This document shows positions 39,014 through 47,282 of a DNA stretch of 64,000 bases, one piece after another (position 1 is the first letter of the stretch; every line of letters begins with the position of its first letter). A model generated the notes under the pieces. The model was not told the DNA's origin, ran no database searches, and saw only the letters and a list, made by a program, of their open reading frames with translations. The position numbers were made by a program, and so were the translations under genes. The DNA comes from Candidatus Pacearchaeota archaeon (lineage in GTDB: Archaea > Nanobdellota > Nanobdellia > Pacearchaeales > GW2011-AR1), in the NCBI GenBank assembly GCA_041660485.1, contig JBAZWF010000001.1:179812-243811 (forward strand). The letters run 5' to 3'.

Positions 39014-39312
39014 AACCAAAAACAAAGAAAGAAAAGAAATTTATAATAAAATACTGCCCGAGATGTAAAAGCGAAGATGTAGCAATTGCTATTGGTGAAA
39101 GAGTTGGAGTATGGCAATGTAGAAAATGTAAATATAAAGGAATTGATTTTACTGAAAAAGAATTGTCTGAGGAAGAATATCTTGCTTATCTTGATAAACA
39201 AGGATTTGAATTAGGAGAAATTGGAGAACCTGAAACAGTTTTGGATAAAGATGAAAAGAAATCTTACAAAGATATTTTAAGAGAAAAACTTGCAAGAGGT
39301 GAGAAAATATAA
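39010..39312 (+). CDS. Zinc-ribbon protein (100 aa)
   Basis: CPRC-x(n)-CRKC; ATGA overlap with the upstream ORF. Confidence 0.6.
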   Translation: MKPKTKKEKKFIIKYCPRCKSEDVAIAIGERVGVWQCRKCKYKGIDFTEKELSEEEYLAYLDKQGFELGEIGEPETVLDKDEKKSYKDILREKLARGEKI

Positions 39313-39560
39313 TGGCAGATAAAAACGAAATAAAACCTCTTGATGGAGCAAATATGGATATTGATTTAATATATCGAGCTGAAACATCTTGGAAACAGAT
39401 GAAATGCCCTTGGAATGAAGCTGAAAAAGTTAATACTCATAAATGTGCAGTTAAAAATGTTTCAATATGTGATTATTTTTGTGGTGTTGAATATTTAGAT
39501 AATGTTTTATGCTCTTATCCTAATAAAAATAAATTAAAAGATAATGAGTTAATTAAATAA
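39312..39560 (+). CDS. Cys-rich small protein (82 aa, five Cys)
   Basis: TAATG overlap with the upstream ORF. Confidence 0.55.
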   Translation: MADKNEIKPLDGANMDIDLIYRAETSWKQMKCPWNEAEKVNTHKCAVKNVSICDYFCGVEYLDNVLCSYPNKNKLKDNELIK

Positions 39561-39561
39561 A

Positions 39562-39693
39562 ATGGTAAAAAAATGTGAAAAATGTAAAGTTCCTCTTGAA
39601 GGATGGGGTTATAAATTAATAGCAAAGCCTATTTTTGGAATAAAACCTGGAAAAAATAAAAATATTTGTAATAAATGTGAAAATAAAAAATGA
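39562..39693 (+). CDS. Mini zinc-ribbon protein (43 aa, [43 protein letters not shown]); not in the ORF track
   Basis: CxxC...CxxC. Starts 1 nt after the upstream stop. ATGA overlap with the gyrA start. Confidence 0.5.
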   Translation: MVKKCEKCKVPLEGWGYKLIAKPIFGIKPGKNKNICNKCENKK

Positions 39694-42281
39694 CAAAGAA
39701 AAACCGAGCTGGCGAAAATATAGATGAAAATGAAGAAGATGAAGATGTAAAGGAAGAGTTGGAAGAAGAAGGAATTGAAGAAGAAGTTGAAACACTTACA
39801 AAACAAGAAATTAATCTTAAAGATTTAGGGGAAGATAGAGTTATTGCTTCGGAAATTGCAAGTGAAATGCAAAGAGCTTATATTGATTATGCAATGAGTG
39901 TAATTGTTTCTAGAGCTTTGCCTGCTGTTGAAGATGGTTTGAAGCCGGTTCATAGAAGAATTTTATTTGCTATGAAAGCTATGGGGCTTGAGAAAGGGCC
40001 GACTAAAAAATCTGCGAGAATTGTCGGAGACACAATGGGTAAGTTCCATCCTCATGGAGATATGGCAATTTATGATGCTTTAGTAAGAATGGCTCAGGAT
40101 TTTTCTTTAAGATATCCTTTAGTTCACGGGCAAGGAAATTTTGGTTCACTTGATGGGGATAATGCAGCTGCTTCTCGTTATACTGAGGCTAAACTAAGTA
40201 AAATTTCAACTGAATTATTAGAAGATATTGATAAAGAAACTGTTCCGTTTATACCTAATTTTGATAATTCGGTTCAGGAGCCAGTTATTCTTCCTGGGAA
40301 ATTACCTAATTTATTAATTAATGGAAGCTCAGGTATTGCAGTTGGTATGACAACAAATATTCCTCCGCATAATTTAACAGAAGTTTGTGATGCAATTATT
40401 GCAACAATTGATAATCCTAATATTGATGTAAAAGAACTTATGAGTTTTATTAAAGGGCCGGATTTTCCAACAGGTGCAACTGTTGTTGGAGATGAATTGT
40501 TTAAACTTTATTCAACAGGAAGAGGTGGAATGACTGTAAGAGGAAAAATTAAAACAGAGTCAACTAAAAATAGAGAGCTAGTTGTTATTGAAGAAATTCC
40601 GTATATGGTTAATAAAAGCGAGATGATAAAACAAATTGCTGAGCTAACAAGAGATAAGAAATTAATTGATGTAACTGATATTCGTGATGAATCTGCAAAA
40701 GGTAAAATTAGAATTGTTGTTGAATTAAGAAAAGATACTGACCCTAAATTTACAATTAACCGTTTATATAAATCAACAAATCTTCAGACAAGATTTAATG
40801 CTGTTCTTGTTGCATTAGTTAATGGAATTCCTAAAACTTTGACATTGAAAGAAATAATTGAAGCTTATATTCATTATAGAAGAAAAATTGTAAGAAAAAG
40901 AGCTGACTTTGATTTAAGAAAAGCAGAAGATAGAGAACATATTGTAAAAGGTTTGTTAATTGCATTGAAGAATATTGATGAAGTTATTGAAATTATTAAG
41001 AAAAGCAAAGAAGAAGCTGCTGAAAATTTAATGAAGAAATTTGGCTTTTCTAAAAAACAAGTAGAAGCAATTCTTGAAACAAAATTAAGACAATTAACTG
41101 CATTAGAGCATGATAAACTGAAAAAAGAAGAAGCAGAATTATTAGAATTAATTGAAAAGCTGAAAAAGATATTAGCAGATGAAAAAGAAATTTATAAAAT
41201 AATTAAAAAAGAGCTAAATGAATTGAAAACAAATTATGGAGATGATAGAAGAACAAAGGTAATTAAGACTATTCAGGAAATTGAAGAAAAAGATTTGGTT
41301 TTGAAGCAAGATGTTATTATTACAATTACAGATAAAGGTTATATTAAAAGAATGCCGTATAAATCTTATCACGAGCAGAATCGTGGAGGAAAGGGAATGA
41401 TTGGAACTGAATTAGCTTCTGATGATTTTGTTAAACAAATAATTCCGTGTTCAACTCATGACTTCTTGTTGTTATTCACAAGAAGAGGAAGAATGTTCTG
41501 GTTGAAAGCTTATAGAGTTCCAGAAACACAAAGATATGGAAAAGGACAGGCAATTGTTAATTTGTTAAGTATTAAAGATGATTCAATTTCAAGTGTAATG
41601 GCTGTTAAAGACTTTAAAGGATATTTATTTATGGCAACTCAGTTAGGACAGGTTAAAAAAATTAGATTAGATATGTTTGCAAAGCCAAGAAATACAGGAA
41701 TAAGAATAATTAATCTTCCTGCAGATAATTCTGATTCTGTTGTTGATGTTAAAATAATTATTGATAAGCAGGAAGTTATGCTTATGACAAAAGAAGGACA
41801 GGCAATTAGATTTAATTCAGATGACGTTAGAAATATGGGAAGAGCGAGCTATGGAGTTACTGGAATTAATTTAGAAGATAAAGATTCAGTTGTAAGTATG
41901 GAAATTGTACCAATGGAAGGAAAAAATAAAGAAACAATTTTAACAGTGACTGAAAAAGGTTATGGTAAGAGAAGTGAGATTGATGATTATAGATTAATTA
42001 GCAGAGGTGGAAAAGGAGTAATTAATTTGAAAGCCTCTGATAAAACAGGTGCAGTTGTTTCTACAATTGCAGTTGAAGACAAAGATAATCTGGTTTTAAC
42101 AACTAAAAAAGGAATGGTTATCAGAACACGTGTAAAGAATATCAGAACAATGGGAAGAGCAACGCAAGGTGTAAGAATAATTAATCTTAAGCAAGGTGAT
42201 AGTGTTGTTGATATTGCTAAATTGCAAGATACTTCTGAAGAGATTGGTGAGTTGCAGGAAGTTTTAGTGGAAGAGGATTGA
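39690..42281 (+). CDS. gyrA: DNA gyrase subunit A
   Basis: [40 protein letters not shown]. Confidence 0.95.
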   Translation: MTKKNRAGENIDENEEDEDVKEELEEEGIEEEVETLTKQEINLKDLGEDRVIASEIASEMQRAYIDYAMSVIVSRALPAVEDGLKPVHRRILFAMKAMGLEKGPTKKSARIVGDTMGKFHPHGDMAIYDALVRMAQDFSLRYPLVHGQGNFGSLDGDNAAASRYTEAKLSKISTELLEDIDKETVPFIPNFDNSVQEPVILPGKLPNLLINGSSGIAVGMTTNIPPHNLTEVCDAIIATIDNPNIDVKELMSFIKGPDFPTGATVVGDELFKLYSTGRGGMTVRGKIKTESTKNRELVVIEEIPYMVNKSEMIKQIAELTRDKKLIDVTDIRDESAKGKIRIVVELRKDTDPKFTINRLYKSTNLQTRFNAVLVALVNGIPKTLTLKEIIEAYIHYRRKIVRKRADFDLRKAEDREHIVKGLLIALKNIDEVIEIIKKSKEEAAENLMKKFGFSKKQVEAILETKLRQLTALEHDKLKKEEAELLELIEKLKKILADEKEIYKIIKKELNELKTNYGDDRRTKVIKTIQEIEEKDLVLKQDVIITITDKGYIKRMPYKSYHEQNRGGKGMIGTELASDDFVKQIIPCSTHDFLLLFTRRGRMFWLKAYRVPETQRYGKGQAIVNLLSIKDDSISSVMAVKDFKGYLFMATQLGQVKKIRLDMFAKPRNTGIRIINLPADNSDSVVDVKIIIDKQEVMLMTKEGQAIRFNSDDVRNMGRASYGVTGINLEDKDSVVSMEIVPMEGKNKETILTVTEKGYGKRSEIDDYRLISRGGKGVINLKASDKTGAVVSTIAVEDKDNLVLTTKKGMVIRTRVKNIRTMGRATQGVRIINLKQGDSVVDIAKLQDTSEEIGELQEVLVEED

Positions 42282-42348
42282 GAAATAAAGGACAAATTTA
42301 AAAGATAGTAATTATTTAGATTAAAATAAAAATCAGGTTAATCTAATA

Positions 42349-42996
42349 ATGAAATATATATTTCTTGATGAAAGTGGGGAGTTAGGTTTTAAATCCTCCT
42401 ATTCAAGTAAATATTTTATTATAACTCTTTTATCTTGCGATGAAGGGGAGATTTATTCGTTAAGAAGAATAATCAAAAAAGTTAGACAAAAAATAATAAA
42501 AAAGAAAATTAAGAAATATCCTGAGATAAAGGGGAATAATAGCTCAGATAAAATTAGAAAAGAAGTCTTAGAAAGATTTGTTAAGACAAATTCAGAAGTT
42601 TTTGCAATTATTTTAGATAAATCAAAAGTATATGAATATCTTAAAGGCAAAAAAGATAAATTATATAATTATATATCAAATCTTATATTAACTGAGTGTT
42701 CTTTGGAAGACAATTCAATTTGTTTAGTTGTAGATAAATCAAAAACAAATCGATCATTAAGAGAGGATTTTGATAATTATATAAGAAGAAACTTAAATGA
42801 GAAAAACCAGTCATGCAAATTACTAATAAAACACGAAAATTCTCAAAGCGAGGGATGTCTTCAAGTTTTAGACTTTATTTCATGGTCAATATTTAGAAAT
42901 TATGAATATAAAGACCCGAGGTTTATGAATATAATAAAAGATAAAATAGTAACAAAAAAAGAAATTTTTGAAGTTTATCCGGCCCCTAGAGATTAA
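42349..42996 (+). CDS. DUF3800-family protein
   Basis: N-terminal YIFLDESGE and C-terminal LQVLDFISWSIFR motifs. Confidence 0.7.
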   Translation: MKYIFLDESGELGFKSSYSSKYFIITLLSCDEGEIYSLRRIIKKVRQKIIKKKIKKYPEIKGNNSSDKIRKEVLERFVKTNSEVFAIILDKSKVYEYLKGKKDKLYNYISNLILTECSLEDNSICLVVDKSKTNRSLREDFDNYIRRNLNEKNQSCKLLIKHENSQSEGCLQVLDFISWSIFRNYEYKDPRFMNIIKDKIVTKKEIFEVYPAPRD

Positions 42997-43153
42997 GACA
43001 AGGTGCACCATTCCGGTACACAAACCTCTCTAGGACTTACCCAGATAAAAGAAATAATGAGTATATCCTTTTAAATCTTACCATTTTTGAGTTTTGGAGT
43101 TTTGAAGGGTTGTTGGTGTGAGGTTTGTAAGGGTTTTGTGAGAGGGTATTTAG

Positions 43154-43203
43154 TAAATGCACCATATTGGTTTGTGCTTACGCAAAACCTTCCTGATTTT
43201 AAT
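43154..43203. repeat. Copy B (reverse orientation) of the ~50-nt hairpin element, preceded by a G/T-rich segment (43088-43150)
   Basis: TAAATGCACCATATTGGTTTGTGCTTACGCAAAACCTTCCTGATTTT. Confidence 0.8.
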
Positions 43204-43612
43204 AAGTTTAAGTTAAGTATTGCCAGTTTAAACAATTAATAGTAATCTATAAAAGCCATTTTAATTGACTAGAAAAACTAAAACATCCAGCAACCTTACG
43301 ATCACTGGGGATCATACTCACAATCCGAAGACTGCTAATATTTTTAATATTTTGAGATTTATAAGCTTTTTGTTCACTCATTTTTTATTTTATTATAGAA
43401 GCAGTAAGGCTTTTTAGGTTTTTTGGAGTGGTTGTTATGTATTGGGTTTATGAGAGAGTAAGTAGGTCTGTCAATCCTACTAACCGCATCATCGCAAAGC
43501 GAGTACGGGATTCGTCAGGACCTGTTCCTCTATAATATATATACCTGTTTAAACAATTTAAACCTTTCGGTTTAAATTGAGGTTTTTTGGGGTTTTGGGG
43601 ATTGATATTTAG

Positions 43613-43660
43613 TAAACATACCATAAGGGTTTATGCTTCGCAAAACCTTCCTAATTTTTA
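43613..43660. repeat. Copy C (reverse orientation) of the ~50-nt hairpin element, preceded by a G/T-rich segment (43575-43610)
   Basis: TAAACATACCATAAGGGTTTATGCTTCGCAAAACCTTCCTAATTTTT. Confidence 0.8.
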
Positions 43661-43788
43661 TGATGTTTATGTGAGGATTAATTAGTTTAAATAAATTATA
43701 TTTTATTATTAATTTTAGATGCGACATTTCCAGATATTTTGATTTTTATAAGAGAAACCTTTATAAATAGTACGTACTTAGTCCGTAT

Positions 43789-44571
43789 ATGGAAAAGATT
43801 AAGTTTGTGCATAGAGTATCAAAGGGCTCGAGATTCAATCAAATCTACGTGCCAAAAGAAATGGAATACCACTTCCAGTCAGGAGATTTAGTAGAAGTAG
43901 TTTTAATAGAGAAAAAAAGCTCTATTCACTATTCATCTGATTCAATTAAACTAAGTGAATTTAAATTAAATTTGATTAAAGATATTTTTTTAGAATTGCG
44001 AGTATTTAAGGGTATATCCCAGATATTTATTGTAGGTTCTTTCTTAACTCAGAAACAAGATTATAAGGATATAGATATAATATTAATTTCAGAGAAAAAC
44101 CTTGAAAAAGAAGTTTATAATCTGCTTTTAGATAAGTTTGAATTAAGATTTCATATAATCTCTATTCCAGAAAATAAGTTTAAAGATTTGCAGAGATACT
44201 GCCCATTAACCCAAAGTATGCTTTTTTATTTTATTTCAAATAAAGAATTTAAACTCCCAAAAGAAACTGAAATAAACAAAGATCATATAAGATTTTTGCT
44301 TATGATGCCAGAAGATATTCTTAAAATAAAAGCTAGTCCAAAAGTTCTTTATGATTCTATAAGAAGATTGATTACTATAGAAAGATTTTTGCAAAATCTT
44401 TCCCTAAATTCATTAGAGACAAATAAAGAAATTCAAACTCTTATCAGCCAGAAGATAGTAAAAGACATAAGAAATAACGAACTTGTTAATAGTGAGATAA
44501 TAGAGAAATTAAGAGACATAATTAAACTAAAACTAAAAAAAGTAAACAGCTTACTGAAAAAACATGAATAA
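43789..44571 (+). CDS. AbrB/SpoVT-like N-terminal domain fused to a minimal nucleotidyltransferase
   Basis: SKGSRFNQIYVPKEMEYHFQSGDLVEVVL (swapped-hairpin-like), then IFIVGSFLTQKQDYKDIDIILI. Confidence 0.6.
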   Translation: MEKIKFVHRVSKGSRFNQIYVPKEMEYHFQSGDLVEVVLIEKKSSIHYSSDSIKLSEFKLNLIKDIFLELRVFKGISQIFIVGSFLTQKQDYKDIDIILISEKNLEKEVYNLLLDKFELRFHIISIPENKFKDLQRYCPLTQSMLFYFISNKEFKLPKETEINKDHIRFLLMMPEDILKIKASPKVLYDSIRRLITIERFLQNLSLNSLETNKEIQTLISQKIVKDIRNNELVNSEIIEKLRDIIKLKLKKVNSLLKKHE

Positions 44572-44881
44572 GAACCTGCTTATAGATGAGCTTACAAACA
44601 TTTTAGCATTAGCTTTAAGGCATAAAATAGGAACGATTGTAAGGCCAAATGAAATATATACTGACAAATATGCAAAAGACTCTGAAATCTTTTTCAGAGA
44701 AGCAGAGAAAATAAAAGACCAGCACAATTGGAATTATCAGGACAAATTAAATATACAGCAGGAACTAAAAAGAAAGCTAAGAAAGGAACTTGAATCAAAG
44801 GACTTTCTCCCAGATGAAAAGTATGATTATGTTGATTCAGAAATAGATAAAGCCCTGAGGGCTTTGGGGTTGGAGGGGTAA
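44564..44881 (+). CDS. Hypothetical helical protein (105 aa)
   Basis: ORF overlapping the upstream gene by 8 nt. Confidence 0.5.
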   Translation: MNKNLLIDELTNILALALRHKIGTIVRPNEIYTDKYAKDSEIFFREAEKIKDQHNWNYQDKLNIQQELKRKLRKELESKDFLPDEKYDYVDSEIDKALRALGLEG

Positions 44882-44900
44882 ATTAGGGAGAGTTTAATAG

Positions 44901-45623
44901 ATGATAACTTTTAGCAATAAAAACCATATATACATCGGCAGAGAAGCTGGAAAAGAAATTCACGAAAAAATTAAAACTGCTAAAAAGTCTGTAAAAATCG
45001 TTTCACCTTATCTTTCTCCAAATTATATAAAAGACCTCATTAGTCTACATAAAAAAGGCATAAAGATAACTCTTGTTACCTGTGATAATATAGAAATAAA
45101 TTCCTATTCAGATTTTAAAATTTCAGACTTAGTAAAAACAGAAAAAGTTGAAGATAATAAATTAAAGAAATCTCTGCTTAAATGGTTTATTTGGTTATTT
45201 GTTGGTGCAGTAATATCAGTAGTTATAGCTTTAGTTTTACCAATTTTAATTATTCTTGCAGGAATCTTATTTATTGCAAGCATAATTTCTCTTGTTTCTT
45301 CATTTTTAATTTTAGGATACTCTTTTAAATACGAACCAATTTTTAGAATTAAAGTATTTGATTCTACAACTGGAAAAAACCCAAGAAGCACAGAACTTAT
45401 ACACTCAAAAATATTTGTAATAGATGATGAAATTGCTTTTCTTGGTTCTACAAATTTTACATACTCTGGATTTAAAACTCACTATGAAACAACTATAAAA
45501 GTTGAGGACAAAAGCGCAGTCCAAGACATCTCTGCAGAAGTTGAGAAGTTATATTCCTCAACTGAACTAAAAGCAAAATCCATTGAGGAGTGGGTTAGAG
45601 GTGGATGGAGAGGAGAGAGGTGA
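44901..45623 (+). CDS. Single-HKD phospholipase D/Nuc-family protein with two inserted transmembrane helices
   Basis: HSKIFVIDDEIAFLGSTNFTYSG (HxK-x4-D-x6-GSxN, 45402-45458); hydrophobic stretch WFIWLFVGAVISVVIALVLPILIILAGILFIASIISLVSSFLILGY. Confidence 0.75.
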   Translation: MITFSNKNHIYIGREAGKEIHEKIKTAKKSVKIVSPYLSPNYIKDLISLHKKGIKITLVTCDNIEINSYSDFKISDLVKTEKVEDNKLKKSLLKWFIWLFVGAVISVVIALVLPILIILAGILFIASIISLVSSFLILGYSFKYEPIFRIKVFDSTTGKNPRSTELIHSKIFVIDDEIAFLGSTNFTYSGFKTHYETTIKVEDKSAVQDISAEVEKLYSSTELKAKSIEEWVRGGWRGER

Positions 45624-45775
45624 AAATAAATATTATAAAAAGATACTATTTCGCTTCGCGAAATAATCATATTTTATCTGGAATCTATGCATCTAAAGTT
45701 ATTACTTAATTAAAATTTGTATAAACTTATTAATTTATATTTAAATTAGGTAAAGATATTATTATATTTATTTAG

Positions 45776-46108
45776 AATTTTTTCTTTTTAATTTTTTTAA
45801 CTCAACAGCCTAATGGAAATGATGTAGTAAACGTACCATCAACAATCAAAGAGATAAAAGAGAATGTTTCTGATACTCTAATTAATACTGGAGTTGATAC
45901 CTCGAAAACCGTAAGCGGTGAAGTAATATCAACTTTCAATAAAGCTGGAAAGAATATAGCTAGCACAATTAGTGATAAAGCAGTAGGTGTAGAAATTGTC
46001 TTTCTTTGGACATTTGCAGGGATTATGCTTACGAGTATCATAGTTATTGCAATTATGAAACCTATATTGGAGTTTGTAAAAGCATTTGATAATCTTTTTC
46101 CTTTTTAG
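45776..46108 (+). pseudogene. Open frame with convincing protein-like translation (…NGNDVVNVPSTIKEIKENVSDTLINTGVDTSK…, C-terminal TM) but no ATG/GTG/TTG start; possible gene remnant or non-canonical start
   Basis: Own translation of the + frame from the stop at 45773 to the TAG at 46106-46108. The tracked minus-strand ORF 45802-46041 looks like its antisense shadow. Confidence 0.35.
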
Positions 46109-46168
46109 TTTAATTCTTCTATCTTTTTCCCCTTCCCCCCTTCCTTAAAAACTCTTTCCCTGCTCCCC

Positions 46169-46182
46169 CTTTCCTAATCACA
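46169..46182. repeat. 14-nt exact direct repeat CTTTCCTAATCACA (left copy) inside a C-rich tract
   Basis: Identical 14-mer at 47214-47227. The two copies bracket the HEPN/NTase gene pair. Confidence 0.8.
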
Positions 46183-46187
46183 ACCCC

Positions 46188-46622
46188 TCACTCTAAGAGC
46201 TTAGGATATACTTTATTTAGAAAAACAAGAGCTTTATCAGCATAGCTCTTGTTAAGAATTGTGCCATAATACTTTATACCATTTCTAAAATATCTTAATT
46301 GATTCATAAATAAAACCTCATTTTCTGAGAAGCTTAAGTTTCTCATATATGATACTTCTGCTTCATGTCCTCCTTCGCCAGTTGAAATAAATCCTTCTTT
46401 GCAAAGTTTTGCTCTTAATAAATATATTAAAATATCATAACAATATTCTACAATTTCATGAGCATTTAACTCATTTAACCCTATTTTCTCTAAAACTTGG
46501 TTTAATGAATCATGCTTTCTTTTGGATTCTTTAATTAAGAAAATAGCGCGTGAATTATCTGGGGTTCTTTTAATAATAACTCCTATATCAAGAAACTCTT
46601 CAAAATTCAAAAGATGTTTCAT
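46188..46622 (-). CDS. HEPN-domain protein (partner of the upstream NTase)
   Basis: NQLRYFRNGIKYYG (R-x-x-R-N...Y HEPN-type motif). Start MKHLL makes an ATGA overlap with the NTase stop. Confidence 0.7.
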   Translation of the reverse strand: MKHLLNFEEFLDIGVIIKRTPDNSRAIFLIKESKRKHDSLNQVLEKIGLNELNAHEIVEYCYDILIYLLRAKLCKEGFISTGEGGHEAEVSYMRNLSFSENEVLFMNQLRYFRNGIKYYGTILNKSYADKALVFLNKVYPKLLE

Positions 46623-47164
46623 AACTCTATTCCTCCATAAAGAACAATTCCATTGCATAAATTCTCTTTTAATTCTTTATGAATTTTAGCAAAAGAAGGA
46701 TAAAAATTAATAATAATTTCTTTTTTAAGAATTTCCTCAAATTTAGAAAGATTTAATTGTTTTTCTTTTTCTCCTATAACTGCTAAATCTATATCTGATT
46801 TAAAGGTATCTTCACCTTTAGAATAACTTCCAAATAAAATAATGGTGCTTCCTGGAAAATCTTGTTCTAATTTTTCTAATATACCAGATTCATAAATTGC
46901 CTTAAGATTTTCAACCTGTTTTAGCTGAACAGCTAAATAATTTTCCCTATTTAACTGAATAATGTTGAGGTTCATTAACTTATTTTTTTTAATTGTAATA
47001 ACTTTATTTTTTTCAATATAAACTAATGCTTTAGCTACTGCTGTTGAAGAAACCCCTAACTTTTTAGCAATTAAACTTTGATTTATCTCATTACCTACAT
47101 TTTCACATAAAAACCCGAATATTTCTGCTTGTAGTCTTGTAAACTTTAGTTTATTCGTTTCCAT
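46619..47164 (-). CDS. wHTH-fused minimal nucleotidyltransferase
   Basis: LIAKKLGVSSTAVAKALVYIEKNKVI (HTH) and TIILFGSYSKGEDTFKSDIDLAVI. Confidence 0.8.
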   Translation of the reverse strand: METNKLKFTRLQAEIFGFLCENVGNEINQSLIAKKLGVSSTAVAKALVYIEKNKVITIKKNKLMNLNIIQLNRENYLAVQLKQVENLKAIYESGILEKLEQDFPGSTIILFGSYSKGEDTFKSDIDLAVIGEKEKQLNLSKFEEILKKEIIINFYPSFAKIHKELKENLCNGIVLYGGIEL

Positions 47165-47213
47165 ATTAGTTTATACGTATCAACTTTAGTTTAAATACCT
47201 TTCTATTTCCCTT

Positions 47214-47227
47214 CTTTCCTAATCACA
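47214..47227. repeat. 14-nt exact direct repeat CTTTCCTAATCACA (right copy)
   Basis: See 46169-46182. Confidence 0.8.
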
Positions 47228-47282
47228 TAACCTTGTTTTGGGGAGAGAAAATAGCCAATTTATCCATTTAAATAAATTACAA

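Noticed and set aside
675-42650. Short tracked ORFs nested antisense or out of frame in longer genes (675-860, 1525-1773, 5757-5969, 7371-7568, 13638-13847, 14627-14824, 15151-15387, 16369-16581, 20646-20831, 21156-21575, 21635-21838, 21947-22138, 27221-27442, 29812-30021, 31286-31477, 31630-31824, 32983-33165, 34487-34762, 35148-35345, 36610-36831, 37541-37741, 38986-39201, 39609-39806, 41987-42295, 42453-42650)
   Set aside because: Each lies within or across a longer ORF with recognisable motifs or typical composition. Their Phe/Ser/Leu/Ile-rich translations are what AT-rich antisense frames give.
43463-43522. tRNA, C/D-box, SRP or RNase P RNA in the GC-rich nested-helix segment
   Set aside because: No cloverleaf can be drawn. 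The GATGATG on the minus strand lacks a partner D box. No GAGGAAAGUCC (RNase P) or SRP helix-8 motifs were seen. It is kept only as unclassified structure.
45802-46041. 79-aa minus-strand ORF
   Set aside because: Its S/T/P/L-rich composition is typical of antisense to a K/E/N-rich frame. The + frame looks more protein-like, though a duplicated upstream 14-mer keeps a small doubt.
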